From Cenococcum geophilum (Eukaryota): a DNA stretch of 64,000 nucleotides. Below the pieces are notes generated by a model. It saw nothing but the letters and a program-made list of their open reading frames with translations. It was not told the DNA's origin and ran no database searches. Position numbers and translations under genes: made by a program. Shown piece by piece: positions 24,368-37,031 of this stretch; the stretch's first letter is position 1, and every line of letters begins with the position of its first letter. The stretch is taken from contig CP158635.1 of assembly GCA_050273025.1 (NCBI GenBank), forward strand, positions 24,118,001-24,182,000. The letters are read 5' to 3'.

Positions 24368-27060
24368 GGAGGGCTCTTATAGAGTTAGGTTCTACTACTA
24401 AGAATTATCCTATAAGGCGCCAGCGAACTACTCCACCTAAAAATAATACGAAGAACGCCTTCCTGCCTCGCGGCTAGAACAGTTAAGATACCCCTAAAAT
24501 GGCTTAATGACGGAAGATAATTAGGGTAATACAACGGGAGCACCGCATTCTTAATTGGTGGGGTAAAGCTTACTCGCCTACTCCTCCGCTATATACCATA
24601 GATAAAGCTCCATGCGGTAGAAGAGGCACTCCAGATGGCCTAAATGCGTCTTTGCTAGAACTGGCTCCTATGCCTACTCTACCGCCAATACCTACTCTAC
24701 CTCCAATACCTACTCTACCTCCAATACCTACTCTACCTCCAATACCTACTCTACCTCCAATACCTACTCTACCACTAATACCACCTTCCTTGCGGCAAGC
24801 TCCCTCACGGCAAGCTCCCTTACGGCAAGCTCCCTTACGGCAAGCTCCCTTACGGCAAGCTCCCTTACGGCAAGCTCCCTTACGGCAAGCTCCCTTACGG
24901 CAAGCTCCCTTACGGCAAGCTCCCTTACGGCAAGCTCCCTTACGGCAAGCTCCCTTACGGCAAGCTCCCTTACGGCAAGCTCCCTTACGGCAAGCTCCCT
25001 TACGGCAAGCTCCCTCACGGCAAGCTCCCTCACGGCAAGCTCCCTCGCGGCAAGCTCCGACTACAGCTACACCACTACCTGTTTCGGCTGTTGATTGGGA
25101 GCGAATTAAGAAGTTTAGGAGTATACTACAGGCTAAATGTATAGAGACGTGCAGTCGTTGCAAGGAGCGGTGGTTTTAAATGGGCCTAGCTACAGTGCTA
25201 ATATAGGTATATACAAAGTCTGCATTAAGGACGCCGATAGCCTTAAAGATCTAACCCTTTCTCCCCTGTTTGGTAAAAGCAACGGGCTTAATTTAGGGCC
25301 TATTCCTAGCTTCCTACCTATACTTACCGCGGTAGAGAAGCTTCTAATTGCGCGCGTATACGTTTATCTACAAGTTGTGCGTATACGCGGCTAGTAATAT
25401 TACTATACTAGCCACGTCTACTGCTTTAGTTAGAACACACTAAAGACTTAAAGGCAGCTACTATGGCTACCTACTAAACTTAATATACTAGTTATAAGGC
25501 CTACGGTAGTAGAGGGTAGTAAATACCTAAGTTAGCGGTTTACTAAGCGGTATATTATAAGGCGCTCTACTATAGTATAGTAGCTTTACTTTCTAAAGGT
25601 TAATTATCCTAATTATTGCGATATTAAAATATATAGCACTTAGCTTACTAGCTTACCTAAAAATAGCTCTATATTAGATTAGCTACCTTATATTAATAAG
25701 TTAAAGTCTAATTTTAGTAGCCTAATAGCTTACCCTACTGCTCTTATATAACGTCCTTCTATTATTAATCCTTTACCTATTAAGCTTAGTAGTAATATAC
25801 TAGATAGCAAATTTAATAACAATATACTAGATACTTTAGTTCCTAATTTAGTACCTAACCTTAATAAATTAGAACTTTTAGGTTATAAGGTTTAATATTA
25901 ATAAGACCTATAAACGGGCCTAGAGGTTCCTACTATATGGTAAACATATCTCTCTAAGCAATTAGCTAGTTTTATTATACGCGACGCCTTTTTTACTCTG
26001 TTTCCTTATAGTAAAGCCGACTTAAACATACTACGAAGCTATATAGTTACCCTGGCTGCGTATACTAAGCATATACTTAAGTATTAGGACGGTTAGTTTG
26101 GCCGCTACCCCTTATTTTACTACTATATGTTTAATCGAATTATAAGAGAGCAAGCCCTTAATGCTACCCGCTTCCTTTATAGCCGATTAAATAAAAATAG
26201 TCTATCTTTAGATAAGCTTAGTAATTTTATAAATAGTAGTAGGGGTAGTTAGGTTCTAAATAAGATTATATAGTATATATAGAAGCTTAAAGGTACTAGG
26301 CCCTACTAGAAGTAGAAAAGAAATAAGCTTATAGCTTATATTAAAAATATTAAAAGCACGTCTCTATTCTTTATACTTAGCGCAGCTAATCTATATTAGT
26401 ATAATCTATACTTTTATATACTTCTATTTAACAAATATAAGGCTACTAATAAGGCTTAACGCTACTAAATTGCTTCTTAAAATCTTAATAATAATCCGTA
26501 TATTGCTACTTACTAGCTATATTACTGCTTTAATCTATTTAGAAAGCACATACTTATAGGTCTATTTAATAGCACTAACTTTTAGTCCTAATATAAGTAA
26601 TAAGTGCGAGGTAGTAGCTATATATATAACTTTTTATAGAGTTTAATAGCCCTAAGGCCAGATCCGTTAACTAGTAAATTAAGGGCGGCTTTTACTAAGT
26701 ACTAGGCTGCTTTTATATCCGTAATAAATCCTAATCTTTAATATTCTTCTGTTCTTAGCTATAAGGAACAGCTTAATACTAGTAAGCTTCTTACCGCCTA
26801 CCTTAATTGATTTTAACGGCACTATAATTACACTAAATTTTACTGCTTAAGATTAAAGAAAGGCCCTACTAGAGTAAAGGAGTGCCGCTTTTACTTTCTA
26901 CGCTCTCTCCGTAATAAGGCCGTTGTATTAAAGGATTAAAATCTATATTACTAGACGTTTTATCTATAGTGTAATAATAAGCTTCTTAATAGCTATAATA
27001 CAGCTATAATACTAGCGTAGATAGCAAATATTAATATATTGCCTGCTATAAGTATATTAG
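24368..27060 (+). pseudogene. Helitron-like Rep/helicase fragment 2 (Rep/HUH domain)
   Basis: CIETCSRCKERWF; LPILTAVEKLLIARVYVYLQVVRIRG; F(P)TLFPYSKADLN (~25990); LKGTRPY* (~26286); LFFILSAANL (~26364); HUH motif YK**VRGSSY(H)IY(H) = E-W-Q-x-R-G-S-x-H-x-H (~26592-26626); ECRFYF (~26880). Confidence 0.85.
24672..25060 (+). repeat. In-frame tandem repeats in the Helitron ORF: 18 bp (PTLPPI)x~6 and 15 bp (RQAPL)x~18
   Basis: cctactctacctccaata units followed by cggcaagctccctta units. Confidence 0.92.
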
Positions 27061-30000
27061 TGTATAATTACAGCACCTGTCGTACTAACCGCGTGCTTAC
27101 GCGCTCGGTACGCCGAGTACGCGTTTACGCGTTTGGTGCACCAACCACCCGCTTACGCGTCTAGTGCACTTCTAAAGCACTAACTAATCAGGGGGGAGGC
27201 GCATCAGTATATAGACTACGTAGTCTGCTTCATACAATCGACAGTCACCACCGTCTAAATGAGCATACGATACTATACGTATTTCGTGCCCCTAGACACG
27301 ACTTACTTGTACCATTAAATTGGTACAAACACTGATCAGTGAGCGCGCACAGATCAGCAATCACTCGACACCTCCCCCCGAGCGATACTCGACAGCGACC
27401 ACCCGTTTATATCCTAGTACGACCTGCTAAAAGGTCGGAAGTTGGGGATTACGGACCTATCACCAACTCTATATACTTATTTAAGTCTTAGTACGGTTTA
27501 CTGGAAGTATAATAGACGCGAATACAGACCTATACAGGAACCCCCTACCCTCGAACCTCGAACCCCTATCCTTACTACACCTCCCCTAGACCCCTTACAG
27601 AGACCCCTTACCCTTCTACGAACCGCTACGGACCCGTTAATTACCTTTACGGACCGTTATAAGCCCTTATAGAAACCCCCTACCCTCCTACAAACCCTTA
27701 CGGACCCATCATCCGCCTTTACGGACCACTATAAGACCCTTCTACCCGCTACGTACAATACTACATAGTATAGCAGATATTAGCAAGCAAGTCAGCGAAG
27801 GTCAAAAGAAGTGAAGTTAAGGAGTCGACCTTACGTCTACGAATGACGTTAACGACTACATTTAATTCAAACTCCTTAAATACGGATACTTTAAGCCTAC
27901 GAACGATGACATGTGGGAGCAATATAAGGAAGACTTTGCGGACTTTACGGAAGCTACTTTTAAGGCCTACAGCCTTATGACCATCCGTAACCTACAAACC
28001 CTCCTCCGTAACTACGGCGTATGGGTTAAAAAAGACAAACACGTTACTGTTGCACGGTCTTTATATAATGTAATACATAAGGAGGACCAAACGGAATAGA
28101 CTAAGGAAGAAATCCTAGACCAGTTTAATACTACTAAGGAACTCTTTACTTCTTCCAAACTTAATATAATCGCTAGCCTTATACCTAACCCACTTAACCA
28201 AATTCGTCCTACAGACCCAAACGCCTTTAGAATTGATCTTACGGGCCAGAGCACACCTAGTACCCAAGTTACGGACCGCAATACCCCTATAAACCAAAAT
28301 ACGGACTAAAACACTTCCGCTGCTTAAGCCACAGATCCGCAAACTACATATCCGCAAGCTACAGATCCGCAAGCCACATATCCGCAAGCTACAGATCCGC
28401 AAGCTATATATCCGCAAGCTACAGATCCGCAAGCTATAAACCCGCAACCTACCTAAGTAAAGACCTATAGCAAGGAACTAGCCAACCTGGCTAAGCTCTA
28501 TACCGACGAATCTAAGTACAGCGGTGAAAATAACAACTTTAACTTTAAACTGACCATTTTTACGGACCTCTGTTAGAAGGCTGATATTCCTAAATAAGAG
28601 TTTAGCCAAGCCTACTCTACCATACTGCGCGGCCTAGCACTTGACCACTACTACACCAACCTCAAGAGCAACCCCCTTGGTGTCCCCTTTAATAAGCTAT
28701 GCGAAGCTACCCGCAACTACTTTAAAAGACCAGAATATAGGCGTGATATCCTTACCCAATGGAATGCGACCAAGCTACGGACCGTAATCAACAAGAACAC
28801 CGAAAAATCGACTATAGAGTGTCTGCAAATCCTTATTAAAGACCTCCGGCACCTACAGCACGGCCTTAACGCCAAGCTTCAAATAAACAACTTCCTGCAC
28901 AATAAACTTATTACGGCTTGCCAGGAAGTAGAGCCCTGCAAATACGCCTATTACAAGCCTACAGACACCTTAGCTGGCCTTATTAATGACCTACGCTCCT
29001 CTATTATAACGTATAAAGTCTCAAACCCACCAAGCAGCACTTAAGCCTTCGCTACGGATATTTAATATCCGCAAACAGACTCAGAAGCCTATTTTACGGA
29101 CCGCCGCTATCGCCAGCAGTACCCATACCGACCAAACCCCACCCGTAACCCCCGCAGCAACCCCCATACAAAAGCATATCCACGCAGACGAACTAGCCAA
29201 AAGTGCTTCGTGTGCGGCAAGGAAGGATGTTGGTCTACAAGGCATACCCAGGAAGAACGTAACAAGTCTAGGAAGAGACTTAATAACCGGATCAACCAGT
29301 TCATTTTGGAATACGAAGGAGAGGAAGCAGAGGAGCCCCCTGACAAGTCAATAGAAGCCCTTATAATTGACTTTAACTCAGACGCTTAGGAATAGGAGAC
29401 CTTAGAGACATTCCTAACTACTTTTAGACCTTTTACGGACAGTCAAGCCTTTAATACTATGACCGTATTAGCCGACCGCTTCTTTATACACTTAATTACA
29501 CCCAAAAACTGGCCCGTAAGTATACCTGTTGAACCCGTTACGGATATTACGGACCGCGAACAGGACCTATTTGCATATATTACTACAGAACGCTATACCC
29601 CCAAAGAATTCTATAGCGTTATGATCGATACAGGTGCCTCTAAGAAGTCTATTATAGGTTACGGACAATACCTTGCATATAAGACTACCGTAAATAATAA
29701 TACGGACATTAATACTATGCAAGCTAGGGCCGTAAACGTCCAATTTGGCATTAGTTTAACCGCATTAATTGGATTAGTCGCAGTTAAGACCCTAATTGGC
29801 CTAGTTAACTTCCACATAGTAAAAGCGGACACCCCTTTCTTACTTTGCCTTGCGGATATGGACAGGTTATAGGTTTACTACAACAATATTACGGACACCT
29901 TAATCGGCCCCGCAACTGCCCTAGGAAGCAAGCATGTTACCCTACCAATTACACGACGATTTAGACACCCGTTCCTTATATAGGGAGAGACTTTACGGAC

Positions 30001-33000
30001 CTACATTCAGGAATCTTTTAACTATAACCCGTACTACCTTACCAGTACGGAGATCCACCGTCTACACCACCGTTTCGGCTACCCATTAGCCGAAAAGCTA
30101 TATAGAGTCCTTGAACGCTCTAGACACGACAACGTCAACAGGAAGGCAGTTAATTACCTAACCAAATACTACTCCTTTTGCCAGAAATACGGACGTTCCC
30201 TAGGCCAATTTAAGTTCACCCTTCATAAGGACCTTAACTTCAACCACTTAGTGTACGTAGACATTATATACATCAACGGCAGCCCAGTATTACATATAAT
30301 TAACGAGGTAACCCACTACCAAGCCGCCCGTTGGTTGCAAAATATATCCGCAAAACATACTTGGGACATTTTACGGACCTGTTGGATTAACACATATCTT
30401 AGACCCCCTAAGTATATCACCCACGACGCTAGTAGGAACTTTATTAGTAAGGAATTCCAACAGTACGCTACGGCCATAGCTATTTTAACAAAAGCCGTTC
30501 TAGTTAAGGCGCACTGGTCCGTTGGACTTATTAAGCGAGCTCACCTAGCTTTACGGAGAGCTTACCAGATTATTACAAACGAGTGTAAGAATATCTAAAA
30601 AGAACTGGCTTTATAGATGGCCGTAAAAGCCGTTAATGATACCGCTGGCCCTAACGGACTGGTACCTACCCTCTTAATCTACGGAGCCTACCCAAGGATA
30701 AGCAAACTGGACCCTCCTACCCCGTCCATTACGGATTGAGCAGCTATAATACAAAAGGCAATGGCCGAAATAGTTAAATTACGGGCCAAACAAACTGTTA
30801 ATAACGCTCTACACTACCGCAACGGACCTAATACAACCCCAGTACATAACCTCCCGCTTAACTCTGAAGTCCTCATATGGCGGGAAAGCGGCAATTAGAC
30901 TAGACCTTACCGTCTACTAGCCATAGAAGACGAGACCTGCTATATATAGCTCCCTAGCGGACCGATAAGCTTTAGAAGCACGTCCGTAAAACCCTATTTT
31001 TGGTCTAAAAACACCCATAATGTTGAGCCAGACGAACTAGAAGCAACCGCCGAACCAGACAAACCAGAAACGACTACCGAATCAAACAAACTAGAGGCAC
31101 CCTTACCTACCCCAGAGGTCCCCCAGAAACCCACTAAACCTACTAAACCTGCCGTAAAGCGTGGCCGAGGACGCCCCCGTAAGAATCCCGTAATGGAGAA
31201 CCATCTAACCTCCGCAGGCACATCCGCAAAGCAATCTCCGCCTACAGATATATTAGTTCTAGTACAGGAAACCCCTTTTACGGACTCACGGCGTAAAGAG
31301 ATCAACGGACTACTTAAAAAGGGTGTCTTTGCGATTATAACAAAGAGAGACGTTCCGCAAGGCGTCCGTATATTCAACTCACGCTTCATTAACAAGATTA
31401 AGCACCCTAGTACTAACAAAGCCTTTAAGAAATTAAGGCTCGTTATACAAGCTTATAACAACCAGGGAAAGGACCTAGTCCTTACGCAATCGCCTACAAT
31501 TCAACGGGTCAGTTAACGGATTATACTCGCACTTACGCCTAGACTACAGCAAACCAAATCCGTAGCCCTTTACTTACGGGACATCTCACAAGCCTACGTG
31601 TAGTCTAATACCTACCTAAGCAGGGATATCTTTATACGACCACCCTATAAGCTCAACCTACAACTAGGAACAATTTTACGGGTCATAAAACCTCTTTATG
31701 GAGTACCAGAAGCCGGAAACCATTGGTTTAAGATATACCACCAGCACCACGTTAGTAAACTCAAAATGGAACAATCGACCTATAACCCCTACCTCCTATA
31801 CAGCCCATTAAACGGCCTTAGTATTATTAAACTCTAAACAGACAATACCCTCTTCTTAGCAGACCGGACATTTGCGGACGCTAAAGAGACTAAACTGTAA
31901 GAAGCTAAGTTCCTAGTAAAGCCATAAGAGCAGTTAACTAAGCAGACTCCAATTAAGTTCAACAGAGGCTTAATTACACAAAAGGGCAACTTAATCCAGC
32001 TAACCCAGGAACGCCAAGCTTAAAACCTAAAGCTTGTTACAGCAAAGCCTACGGACCTTACCAGTTCCCGCGGAAAGACCCATAAGACCGTAAATACAAA
32101 GGACCAATACGCTACACAGCGTGCAAGAGGCGCCTACATTGCCACAGTCTGCCAACCCGAATCTGCCTACGACTTGTCCTTTACGGCCCAGGCAGTAGAT
32201 CCGCAAGAAGAAAATATCAAGCAGCTTAATAAGCGCATTCAGTGGCAAATTAACAATGCAGCAAGGGGACTTACTTTCGTACCACTAGACCTAAGTTCCC
32301 TTAGCTTACTGGCATTTACGGACGCCTCCTTTGCTAATAACAAAGACCTGTCATTACAAATCGGCTTTGTAATTGTACTTATGGACCGCAATCAGGACGT
32401 AAATATACTGCACTGGTCTTCAATTAAGTGCAAACGAGTAACCCGTAGTATACTAGCTTCTAAACTATATGCACTAGCTCATGGATTTAATATAGCAGCC
32501 GCAATTAAATCAACGGTCCAGAAGATTCTACAACTGGAGCAGTTACCCCTGGTTTTATGCACCAATTCAAAGTCCCTTTACGACTGCCTAGTTAAACTAG
32601 GTACGACACAAGAGAAGAGGCTCATAGTCGACCTAATGTGCTTACGTCAGGCCTACGAACGACGTAAGATTACGGAGGTCAAATGGATCAGCAGCGGAGA
32701 CAACCCAGCAGACGCCATGACTAAGGCAAAGCCGTGTTAAGCTCTTAAAACCCTAATTAACACAAACAAGCTTAACCTAAAGGTTATAGAATGGGTAGAG
32801 CGAGACTAACGGAGCATTTACGGTTCAGCCACGGCCCGTCGGAAGGCCGTACGGTGCATTCACGGCCCGTTAAAAGGCCGTATAGTTTATTTTACGGACC
32901 GTAAGCAGGACTTACGGCCAGCTTGGAGCACCATTTGGAAGGCAACCCAGAAGGCACCTCAGGAGGGATTTCCTATGTATTTTCTTATGTGTTTTATAGT

Positions 33001-33330
33001 TCTATTAAGACAATTACGGAGGCTATACATAAGTGGTTTCATTTTCCAAGTACCGCCAGTGTATAATTATAGCACCTGTCGTACCAACTGCGTGCTTACG
33101 CGCTCGGTACGCCGAGTACGCGTTTACGCGTTTGGTGCACCAACCACCCGCTTACGCGTCTAGTGCACTTCTAAAGCACTGACTAATCAGGGGGGAGGCG
33201 CATCAGTATATAGACTACGTAGTCTGCTTCATACAATCGACAGTCACCACCGTCTAAATGAGCATACGATACTATACGTATTTCGTGCCCCTAGACACGA
33301 CTCACTTGTACCATTAAATTGGTACAAACA
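27061..33330 (+). mobile_element. Copia-2 LTR retrotransposon, GalEa-type, full length
   Basis: 271 bp LTRs 27061-27331 and 33060-33330; TSD ATTAG at 27056-27060 and 33331-33335; palindromic ctgatcagt in place of a tRNA PBS. Confidence 0.95.
27769..32809 (+). pseudogene. Copia-2 gag-pol, RIP-mutated
   Basis: CFVCGKEGCWSTRH knuckle (~29203); MIDTGAS protease (~29621); LHHRFGY...YSFCQKY; integrase core; RT L*(Q)TDN(D)TL (~31831); RNase H AFTDASFANNKD; NPADAMTK. Confidence 0.92.
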
Positions 33331-34304
33331 ATTAGTAATAGTTAACTATATAGGCAAATATTACAGTAAGGAGGAGAAGAAGTTAACTTCCTACTAGGAG
33401 TTACTCTAATTAGTATAACCGCACGCTAATAGTCTTTATGCCTTTAGTTTGGTAGTAGCTAAGTTTATAAATAAGCTTATTACTAAATGCGATTAGTTAG
33501 CGTAGGAGGTATACTATCTACTTCTTAATATTCCCCTTTCTAAAGGCTTAAGAAATATAGTAACTTTAAACTACTGCTAGGAGGATAATTAAAGCGCTAT
33601 ATATAAGCTTAAGGATAGGCAACTAAGAGGGTACGGATTATCTAACTATAAGAAATATAAGCGCCGCCTAGATAGGGTAGAGGATATTACTTTCCTTAAT
33701 TTTCTACTCTATTTTAATTACTCTACTTATAAGCGTTAACTAAAAGTAAGGCTTAAGTTATATTTTATTTTCCATAATATAAAGGCGGTTCTTCCTATAT
33801 ATAGTATTCTAAGTTCTACTATATAAAGCTTATTCTTTATTATCTATAAAGGGAGTATAAGGAAGTAGCTACTTATATTAATAGATTTAGGGCCCCTAAT
33901 TATATGGCTTCCTATTAAGCTTATATTAACTCTTATTAGCACCTACCTAACTACTTCTACAATTAAAAACTAAAGGAAGGTTATAAAACTACTAATAATA
34001 TTAATAAGTTTAAGGGCGATTTTGTAGATAACTTAGAGCTATACTAGTCTTTTAAGGCCCTATATGCCCGCGTTTAAAATACTAACGGAGTTAAAATTAA
34101 GGATTCTAACAGGCTTAGTAATAGGGAGCTTAATTATAACTACGACTAGAGTACGTATTAGGGTACGTGCTTATAGCTTAATAAGTAGACTTATTAGTAA
34201 GAAGTATAGCTATAGCCTCTACCGTAGAGCCGCCTATCCTAGATAGTAACTCCGTCCTCCTTATAACTAGGCTAGCGTTATATCTATAATATTATAGTTA
34301 ATTA
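33331..34304 (+). pseudogene. Helitron-like fragment 3 (Rep tyrosine motif and linker)
   Basis: IVNYIGKYYSKEEKK (~33338) and D*L(S)A*EV (~33491); contiguous with fragment 2 across the ATTAG TSD. Confidence 0.8.
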
Positions 34305-35301
34305 TTATTCATTCATTGCTTAACGTCTAATACGGATCCTATGCGGCCTACGCAGACTACTCCGTACACAAGGGAAACTTGTAAATTTACAGGAAGAAAA
34401 ACCCCTGATATATTAGGGGAGGAAAAACCCTATAAGCCACCTCAGTAGGATAAAAAACCCTGATTTGCCATATCCGTCCGTAGCAGCGGCCCTACAGGCC
34501 TACAGCTACGTCCTATCCTCCTTAGATGTTCAAACTCCTTAGGAACCACTGCTTCCTTCCTTAGCTTATCCAAGCTAGGGTTTACTACGCCCTAGCTAGG
34601 CCTTGCCAATTAATTGCTATATGCTTTATGTTCCATATCTTAACCATCCCCTATATGCTATCTCCTGTAGACCATTGCTATATACGCCTTGCCTCCCCCC
34701 CCCCCCTAGAGCCATTAAAGGCGTAAGGGGGATTTATCTATTAACCACTATAATACCAAGCGCGCGGGATATTGTGTATTTTAGGTATCTTTTATACCTA
34801 GGCCCCAGCTAGGCCCTTTCTAAGGGTCACCACTCCGTTAAAAGGAGATAGGGAAAACCGTAGGTCGCAATCCAGGCTGCTAAATACTTAGTAGATGATA
34901 GCGAGTGACCGCATGCTCCGCGGGCGATCGCCCTGGGGGTTAGAAGGGGCCGTATATTTGCTTATTCATTCGTTCGCGTCCATTCGTTCGTCGATATGAG
35001 GTCGTCAATGCTTTCAATTGGGGGTCAGGGGGATGTTATCGAATGCCGTGCATCCATATTGGATCGTACAGGTGCCCTAGGTAGGAGAACAGCGTAGTAG
35101 CCGTTTTGTAGAGGGCCAACAGTAGTGGTTTTCGAGATCTCACCATTTGAAAAATTTTCACCACCGCCCACAACGCACAACCACCACCAGGTCCTGCCCG
35201 CACGCTATGCGACGTCTCTGCGTTGGCTCTAAGTCTGAACTTCGAAGACTTAGGTTCGTAGCCGTCACCACGTACAGGTGCAGAGTCCGTTTTCGACGGC
35301 C
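34305..35301 (-). mobile_element. Non-coding non-LTR retroposon (997 bp) with 5' HDV-like ribozyme and LINE-like 3' tail
   Basis: 12 bp TSD TATAGTTAATTA at 34293-34304 and 35302-35313; minus-strand 3' end ...gagtagtctgcgtaggccgcataggatccgtattagacgttaagcaatgaatgaataa; no long ORF; interrupts the Helitron gene. Confidence 0.85.
35216..35301 (-). ncRNA. Predicted HDV-like self-cleaving ribozyme
   Basis: Minus strand: P1 GGCCGUC/GACGGCU (G1-U wobble), P2 CUCUGC/GCAGAG, P3 ACC/GGU, L3 UGUACGU, P1.1 GU/AC, P4 CUAAGUCU/AGACUUAG, J4/2 AG-C-CAAC with candidate catalytic C at 35226. Confidence 0.8.
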
Positions 35302-35424
35302 TATAGTTAATTACTATAGGCAGATCTAAGTGAGCCTTAGCCCCTCCCTACTACGGATTAATGTTAATAGAGAGGCAGGAACTAGCAAATAATATTTTAT
35401 TACTATTCTCTCTACTACGCTCTA
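35302..35424 (+). pseudogene. Helitron-like fragment 4 (PIF1 Walker A)
   Basis: LLRINVN(D)R(G)EAGTS(G)K*(S)YFI. Confidence 0.8.
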
Positions 35425-36559
35425 TGTAAGCTTTATAGTGTATAGGAATTAAATAAGTAACTTAATTATAAATCTATAGAAATTAAGTGATATAAATATA
35501 TAAAGGTAGGCCCCTAAACTCCAAGGCCTATAACTTATTTTAACTATATCCAAGATATATAAGGGTAGTACTAACGCTAGTGAAATAGGGTCTGGTAGTT
35601 GGTTACACACACCCCTAGATTTAACGGTGTAGTTAAAGCTGTAGAAGACAAATAAAGGTAAAAACTGTACCAAAAAATAGGAAATTTAGATACAGTTAAG
35701 TGGAAAAGAGAAGGGTAATGGTAAGGCTTAATTCAATTCGCTAATGGGCCGATATCGATGCTCTGGTGACGTTATAGACGTCATATTTAGTAACGTTGCG
35801 GTCGTCGCAACTGGTGCCAATGTAGGCTGGACAGGAATTGCTTCAATTATATCTAAGATATCGTCTTAAAGTCCTTATAGTGTTTAACGCTAGTAAATCT
35901 GGAGGTACTATTCTACTAGGAGTTAGTAACTATTCAGCATCCTTTATAGGAAGCTCTACTAAATCATTTAATTTAGGTGATACCATTTTAATGGAGTTGG
36001 TAACTGTTTAGCATCCCTTATAGGAGGCTCTTCTAAATATTTTAATTTAGGGGATACCGTTTTAATCTGCATTTAAGGCAGTCATTTAATAGAGATACCG
36101 TTCTGCTAGGAGTCGGTAGCTATTTAGCATCCTTTGTAGGAGGCTCTACTGAATTAATTAATTTAGGTGTGGTAATACGATCTGCATTTAAAGCAGTTAA
36201 TCAATCCATACTCGCGGTAGATCTTTTTAATCTATAGTCGAGGTAGATGTTTAGATCTATATTTAAGGTAGTTATTTAAGCTGTAGCCATATAAGCTGTA
36301 ATCGAGGTAGATCTGGAAGTAGTTACTTAGTAACTCTGGTGACATTAAGACGTCAAATTTAGTGCCAATTTAGGCTTAAATGGTGCCAATTGTAGGCGGA
36401 TCTGGTGTTATAGAAGCTAGGGCTTTAAAATTAAAATTAATTATTCCTGTGTTCTTCCAGTTCTTCTCTTGTCTTTTTAGATTTAACTAACTAATGCGCT
36501 TCGAATCGAGCTTTTGTTCGCTTGCTATATGTTCGAACAATTGCCGTCTAGTAGAGGTC

Positions 36560-36870
36560 GTCTGCAGCGGATGGCAGCGACTGGTTGAGGTGTTGGTTGC
36601 CTATAGCGTGATGGCTATAGACTGGTTTTGATAGAGCGTCTGCAGCGTGATGGCTGCGACTGGTTATAGCGGAAGGCGTCTACAGCGTGATAGCTGCGAC
36701 TGGTTGTAAAGGAAGGCGTCTACAGCGTGATAGCTGCGACTGGTTGTAAAGGAAGGCGTCTACAGCGTGATAGCTGCGATTGATTGTAGCGTTGGTGTCT
36801 ACAGCGTAATAGCTGCGACTGGTTGTAACAGAAGGCGTCTACAGCGTAATGGCTGCCACTGATTGTAGTG
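36560..36870. repeat. ~40 bp tandem repeat
   Basis: tacagcgtgatagctgcgactggttgtaaaggaaggcgtc, about 8 degenerate units. Confidence 0.8.
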
Positions 36871-37031
36871 TTGGTGTAGTATTGGTGCCTTCCTAGAAGG
36901 CCTTGATTTGATTTGGCGACAGGCCTATATTAAGGCTCTGGTTTGGTTTGATCCGATGTTCAATGTTCGGTCCAGTTGAATTAATCTAGTGTTCGCTGGC
37001 TGGTCGTTCGAACGGTTGTCTAGTTTTGGCG

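Noticed and set aside
24570..25163. 197 aa GACRK-repeat ORF and 89 aa RELAV ORF on the minus strand
   Set aside because: Antisense readings of the tandem repeat in the Helitron frame.
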